This document shows, piece after piece, positions 58,629-64,000 of a stretch of 64,000 bases of DNA. The DNA is from Paramecium tetraurelia (lineage: Eukaryota), in contig CT868119.1 in NCBI GenBank assembly GCA_000165425.1, forward strand, positions 372,001 to 436,000, read 5' to 3'. A program made the translations under genes and the position numbers. Under the pieces are notes generated by a model. The model searched no databases. It worked only from the letters and a program-made list of their open reading frames with translations, and was not told the origin of the DNA. How positions within the stretch are numbered: position 1 is the first letter of the stretch; every line of letters starts with the position of its first letter.

Positions 58629-58673
58629 TGAATAGAAATAATTATATTGTCAGTTAATATTTAATATAAAATA

Positions 58674-59485
58674 ATGGAGATAGGTTAATATAATGATGTA
58701 ATGCAATATGCCTCTTAATTGGCAGATTTGGCTTTGAATGTTGGTATTGATCTTATTTTGATAAATAAATAGGATTTGTGGTGGGTCCTCTAATTGGATA
58801 CGTGGCTCAATATTAATTGATAAAGCAATAAAAGAGTGTAGGATCATTCTCAACTGATGTCTGTGCGATATTATTGTTTGCAAACTTATTAAGAATTGTA
58901 TTTTGGTATGAAAAACGGTTTGAAAGCGCATTATTGTATCAATCAGTCCTGATGATCATGATGTAAGTAATAAATCATGCTAAATTCTTAAGGTGGAATT
59001 ATTAAGGTTATGTTTGACAATAAAGAACAACTCAGTTTATAAGAATAAACCAGTTTCATTCTTTGATAGTCCATTGAATAAGTTTTGGAGATGGAGCTAA
59101 TTAAATTCTTACATTACTTGTTTGATTGCCTTTTTAACATTTGTATTGATCACTAGTTATTTCAATCTTGGCAACCCTCAATATTGGGAAATTATAGGAT
59201 TCCTAAGTTGTGCAATAGAGGTAGAACTAAATTGATAATGATTAGGCAACTTTGGGTTTGCCTTAAGCCATAAAGAATCACACATCAAAAAGCGTGAAAG
59301 GATTATCATACACTATGATTGGATCATGGTTTGTGGGGGATGCGTTTAAGACATTCTACTTTATAGTGAAAAACTAACCTGCTTAATTTGTGATGTGCGG
59401 AGTAATTCAATTAAGTGTGGATATTTGGATCATGTTATAAATAGCAGTATTTAGTTCTAAGAAGAGTGATTTAGCAGAATTATGA
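58674..59485 (+). CDS. PQLC1: PQ-loop membrane protein (PQLC1/SLC66A2/Any1-like)
   Basis: GSFSTDVCAILLFANLLRIVFW, LLYQS, FWRWS, EATLGLPQAIKN..SVKGLS..WFVGDAFKTFYF..QFVMCG..SVDI; 3 introns. Confidence 0.88.
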
Positions 59486-59522
59486 TTTATTATGGAATTG
59501 ATATTTGTGATAATGTTATATA

Positions 59523-60512
59523 TCATTTTGGAACAACTGAGTTATCCCAAACACTGCAAGTGTTTTTTCCTCCTTAAAGGTAGATGTATCCATCGACTCC
59601 CCAAACGGTATTCCATGAGTTCTTGACGATGAGAGCTTCAGAAGTGAAACCAACAGCCAAAACAGCGTGGTTGACATCTCCTGTGCATGCAGAATCTGGG
59701 AAGATGAAATCGTCACCTTTGGGTTTATAGTTCTTCCAATCTGAAGCCTTGACAGCGACTGAAATTGGTCCGTTTTAGAGGGCAGCTTAGTGAGCAGCTT
59801 CGTTAGCGGCAATAGCAGTTGATCCAGCGACTTTGTAGGCACCTCCCTTGATTTTGCAGGATTTGTTTTAGATATGTTCCTATAAAGAATTAATTAAAAA
59901 TAATACATATGGATAAGCATCTTAAGTGGTAAGACCGTTTCTCTTGACATAGTTCAAGGCTCTTGATGGCATACCTCCGTCACATCCTTAGTTGAAATCA
60001 ATCAAAGTTGAGCAATCAACCAATTATTATTCTGAGAGATCTGGTAATTCACCAGTTTAGACCTTGTAGAATCCTTCCAAGACACCAGTTGTACTGAAAG
60101 CCCAGCATGATCCGCATTATCCTTGGTCTTTGACCTTATTGACTGCACCTCTTGTTCTCCAATCGATTGGTGTAGCATTGACATTTTCGAATTAAGCCTT
60201 TGGTACTTCCAAATCATCAGGGTTGACTTTGAGGGTCAAGTAGGTGGCAGCGAATTCTTCATCGGTAAGATCTGTGAATTAGGTTTCACCGAAGATTTCT
60301 CTTCCGAGCTTTTGGTTTCTGGCCTTGATGTCAGCAAGGTTGGCCTCATAAACTTATAATCTGTAAAGGAGTTCAGATCCAGAGTATTATTTGTTGAATG
60401 TGGCTTAGTAATTGGTGAATTAAGCAGCCAATTAAAGCTCTGGAGTGCTTTGAACGTTGTAAAGTGTTCCCACTAACATCAATAAACCTATGGCAAGGAT
60501 TGTCTTTTCCAT
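59523..60512 (-). CDS. CTSL: Cathepsin L-like papain-family cysteine protease (preproenzyme)
   Basis: Signal peptide; ERFNIN-like ELLYRLQVYEANLADIKARN; QFTDLTDEEF; KDQGQCGSCWAFS; GCDGG; NHAVLAVG; KNSW; one intron near 59880-59906. Confidence 0.95.
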
Positions 60513-60564
60513 TATGTAATAATATTATTTTTCGATGTCATAATCATCGATTTTTATAATACTA

Positions 60565-61283
60565 ATGATGATGTCATCATACACTTTTATTGACCTAGTC
60601 ATTAAATTTGTAAATTCCCCTCCAGAACGGTTTATATTATACAGAATTCCTAGCCCATAACCCTCCTTGATATACTCAACAACAAACCAACAAATTTTAT
60701 GTTATCCAAAGATACACATATAAATTTAGTCTACATCATTTAGATTGAAAAATAAGTTAAGCTCAGATAAACTTGATGGGCTACTATTAAGCGATCCCAC
60801 AATATTCTGGACTCATTTGATATGTCACACCCAATATATGTACCAAAAAAATACAGAAATGAAAAAAAATTAGACACTTGAAGTTATCCCAATTAAAATT
60901 TATTGCCCCTCTCATTATCTATAATTACCAATCTTGGTTCTTTAAAACCAATATACTCCTTCAAAGTAGATAAATATTTTAGATTACAATATGATTATAA
61001 TAAATTGTTATTAAAATTAGTAGAATCTTACATAAAAATTGTTATATTACTACAAGACAAAAATGAAATTATTATACAATTAAACAAATATTATATATGA
61101 GTTTCTAAACTTCAAGACCTGGTAAGGATGTTTCATGACAATCCAACTAATGTGGTACCTTGGTTTATTAACAATCAATGGTATTTGTGTGAATCTCCAT
61201 ATTCAAAATGCCCAAGTAAGAGTGATCACTCAAATTATGCCATTATTGTCAATACTAAAATGCATGGATCAGAAATGCTATGA
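60565..61283 (+). other. Possible hypothetical gene (frame interrupted)
   Basis: ATG + intron + open frame to about 61100, then a second open segment (PTNVVPWFINNQWYLCESP); the join is unresolved. Confidence 0.3.
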
Positions 61284-61299
61284 TAAATCACTCAATTAA

Positions 61300-62520
61300 A
61301 TGCATCCTATATTATCGTTCTTATATTTGACTCCTTATTTACTAAGAGTTGTCTATGATTAATGTAAGAGATCTAATATCAATTTCATTATTAGTTTTAT
61401 GAAATTTAAAATCAATTATTATTGATTTTTCTACAATATTATTACGATATTTTTACTCTAGAAATAAACTTGTAGGTTCTTAAGTGTGTTATTCTTAAAA
61501 GGATGAACAATGACTTCTTATTATATTAAACTTTCACACATTCCAATTCTTCCTATATTATATTTAAATAGTCATAGAGCATTTTATTTAATTTATTAAG
61601 GATATATGATATTTAGAATTAAAGATTCGTAATCAGAAATCAATCTCTTTTTTTAGAATCCCTTTCAAGTCAATTTGGTATTATTATTTATTAATTTCCT
61701 AAAAATTTATTAAGTTGTAACGAGAAAATATCAATAAATCCTATCCAATCACAGTAAGCGACTATTATTGACCTGAAAGATGATTTCTTTTAATATATGG
61801 ATATTTTACAAAAATTGATTAAAAATTTATTAAAAAATTGCTTAATTAGAGTAAAATAATCGAATTGAAAAATATATTTAGTAAGTATTTAAAATTATTA
61901 TAAATAGTTTTTATAGTTAAAATCCAAAAGTTCCAAAAATGTAAATTTTTATCAGATGGATATATAGAAAATATCACCAAAATGTGGTTTTCACCATTAA
62001 TCTTAGATTATATCAAAAAATATTAAAACTTTGATGGAAATTTGCAAGAAAATCTACTATATATACATTTCTCTACTTTTTTAACTATTAATTTCCTATA
62101 ACTATAAATTTAACTATAGAGAAAACCTTATACGAGAAGGGCATAATGATATAATTCTCTTGAGCAAATTACTATAAAATTTACCAATCTAACAGCGATG
62201 ACAAAAGTATCTCAAGGATGAATAATAATTCATATTGAGATTCTCAAATTGTAAATACCTCCCATAATTACTAATCCCAAAATGATATTAATTAATTAAA
62301 TCTTAGCATTATTTTCAACTCTGCCACATGATCAAGATTACGATAAATTCCTGAATTATTAGAAGATGTATTAATTACCATTCATTCTCTTTGGACAATT
62401 GTGTTTACAATTAGAGTCTTAATTTAATCCTTAGTATCAAGTCAAACTAAATGAATGTAATTTCTTTGATCTTCTTTGGCTCATCTTAATATTCACTCCT
62501 TAGTTATTCAAAATTTTATT
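61300..62520 (+). other. Possible hypothetical gene, boundaries unresolved
   Basis: Extended open segments and intron-like elements; no motif recognised. Confidence 0.25.
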
Positions 62521-62541
62521 AATAAATTAATTTAATATACA

Positions 62542-63302
62542 ATGGCTGATGAAAATCCAGATGACAATAATTTTGAATTTATCAAATTCCTTCCTGAAGG
62601 TGATCAGAAGACCAAGTCTTCTAGAGATTATACTGGTAGAGGATAAGCCAAATATGCCAATAATGAAATCTATGAAGGTGAATATGTTGATGGAGTAACT
62701 GTTTCAAATCTAATCCTTAGAAAAGAAATGGTAAAGGCAAATATAATTATGCTAATGGTGACCTCTACTTTGGAGATTTCATAAACAATGTCAAACATGG
62801 AATTGGTAAATTAACATACAAAGAAAAGGGAGAATATTTCGGTTTCACTCCCCTTTATTATTTTAGGCTAATGGGAAAATGGTAAGAGACATGGAGAAGG
62901 CATTTTTACATTTCCAAACAAGGACTAATATAGTGGATGGTGGGCATTTGGTAAAAAAGAGGGCAATGGCACATATATTTATAATGATACTGGGATGAGA
63001 GTATTTTCTAATTGTCTATTTTACATTAGTTAGTAGGGTAATGGAAAGACAACAAGTTTGTATCTGGAAGATGGGTTCTACCAAATGGTACATACTATGA
63101 AGGGGAATTCGATAATAATAAGCCAAATAAGGTTGGAATCTGGTACTTCAAGAATGGCAATAAAGTAGAAGGAACATATAATCAAAAAATAATTCCAAAT
63201 GAAGATTCTGAGGATAAGAAACTTAATATAGAAATGAAATGGGCATCTAATGGATATTTATATTAAAATGCAGATTTAGTAAATGCACATGAAAAATTCT
63301 GA
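62542..63302 (+). CDS. MORN-repeat protein (radial-spoke RSPH1-like)
   Basis: Repeated YEGEYVDG/KRNGKG..YANGDLY, GQWENGKRHGEG, YSGWWAFGKKEGNG, YEGEFDNNKPNKVG; 3 introns. Confidence 0.88.
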
Positions 63303-63333
63303 ATTATCATATTAATATAGGAGATTCTTATAA

Positions 63334-64000
63334 TCATTCATTATATAATTTTAATTATTCCTAAATTATATGAAAGGAATTACATTTTTTCTATTAATTC
63401 TAATATTATCAGTATCTAGAACATGCTTTTCTATGTTTTCATCTTTTTCAAATCCAAAGTTCAATACAAAATTGTTTGATTTTGACGGACTCTCCCTACC
63501 TTTTAGTGTAGGTGATGCTATGGTTTCAGGCAATCTTCTATCAAATAAACATAATTGTAATATCTCTAATAACATGGCAGCAAATGTCAACACTAATTCA
63601 GGTATGCAGAGGGGCATTAATTATTCATCAATGATATCCCTCATATAAACAAGATTCAGTATATTTGACCAATCAGTGCATTTCTAAAGAATAACCATAA
63701 GACATTATTACATTTTCAATATAAGAATGCATGGTATTTCTAAAATGAGCCAGAAATCCCAATTTAGTACCAACGATAGATAAATGTGCCATATGAAGGA
63801 GAATGAGGAATGTTGTAGGACAATAGAATTTCCAAGTAACCTTATAAATTTTGTGTTTAAATATGCCCTTTCTAGTTAAATTTTGTATGATTGCAGAATG
63901 AAATATTGCTCCAAAACCCATTAAAAAGCCTAGATCAATTTAATTAAGAATTACCTGCCATAATGAGAGCAATCAAAAATACAAGTTGAATGTAATTGTC
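63334..64000 (-). CDS. Hypothetical membrane protein, 3' part (5' partial)
   Basis: The two minus-strand ORF-track pieces join via a 28-nt GT-AG intron; a 23-nt intron leads to TGA 63334-63336; hydrophobic segments. Confidence 0.6.

Noticed and set aside
58650..60359. ORF-track ORFs over PQLC1 and cathepsin L
   Set aside because: Wrong strand or wrong frame relative to the motif-bearing frames
63370..63648. Plus-strand ORF with an apparent signal peptide
   Set aside because: The minus strand has a spliceable continuous frame with proper introns and stop; the plus ORF is most likely its shadow

Overview
This is AT-rich, gene-dense ciliate macronuclear DNA, most likely Paramecium (aurelia-type). 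TAA and TAG read as Gln, TGA is the only stop, and genes carry many 20-32 nt GT-AG introns, so the supplied standard-code ORF track shows only fragments and antisense shadows. Reading by hand in the ciliate code gives about 30 genes. They include an ABCC 3' end, MetRS with a GST-like N-domain, an ABCA lacking its extracellular domains, a Rieske/FAD AIF3-like oxidoreductase, CAF1, ProRS with a YbaK/ProX domain, a PX protein, VPS13, a formin, PDIA6, ankyrin and WD40 proteins, a Rab, PheRS-alpha, a COG7-like protein, a cytosolic carboxypeptidase, PP2A-C, a citrate carrier, a kinase with EF-hands, a Cys-rich GPI surface protein, PQLC1, cathepsin L and a MORN protein. ARF and myosin pseudogenes and several decayed AT-rich tracts are also present. 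I saw no RNA genes, CRISPR arrays, telomeric repeats or transposons. Family calls rest on motifs recognised by eye, not database searches, and exon boundaries are manual.
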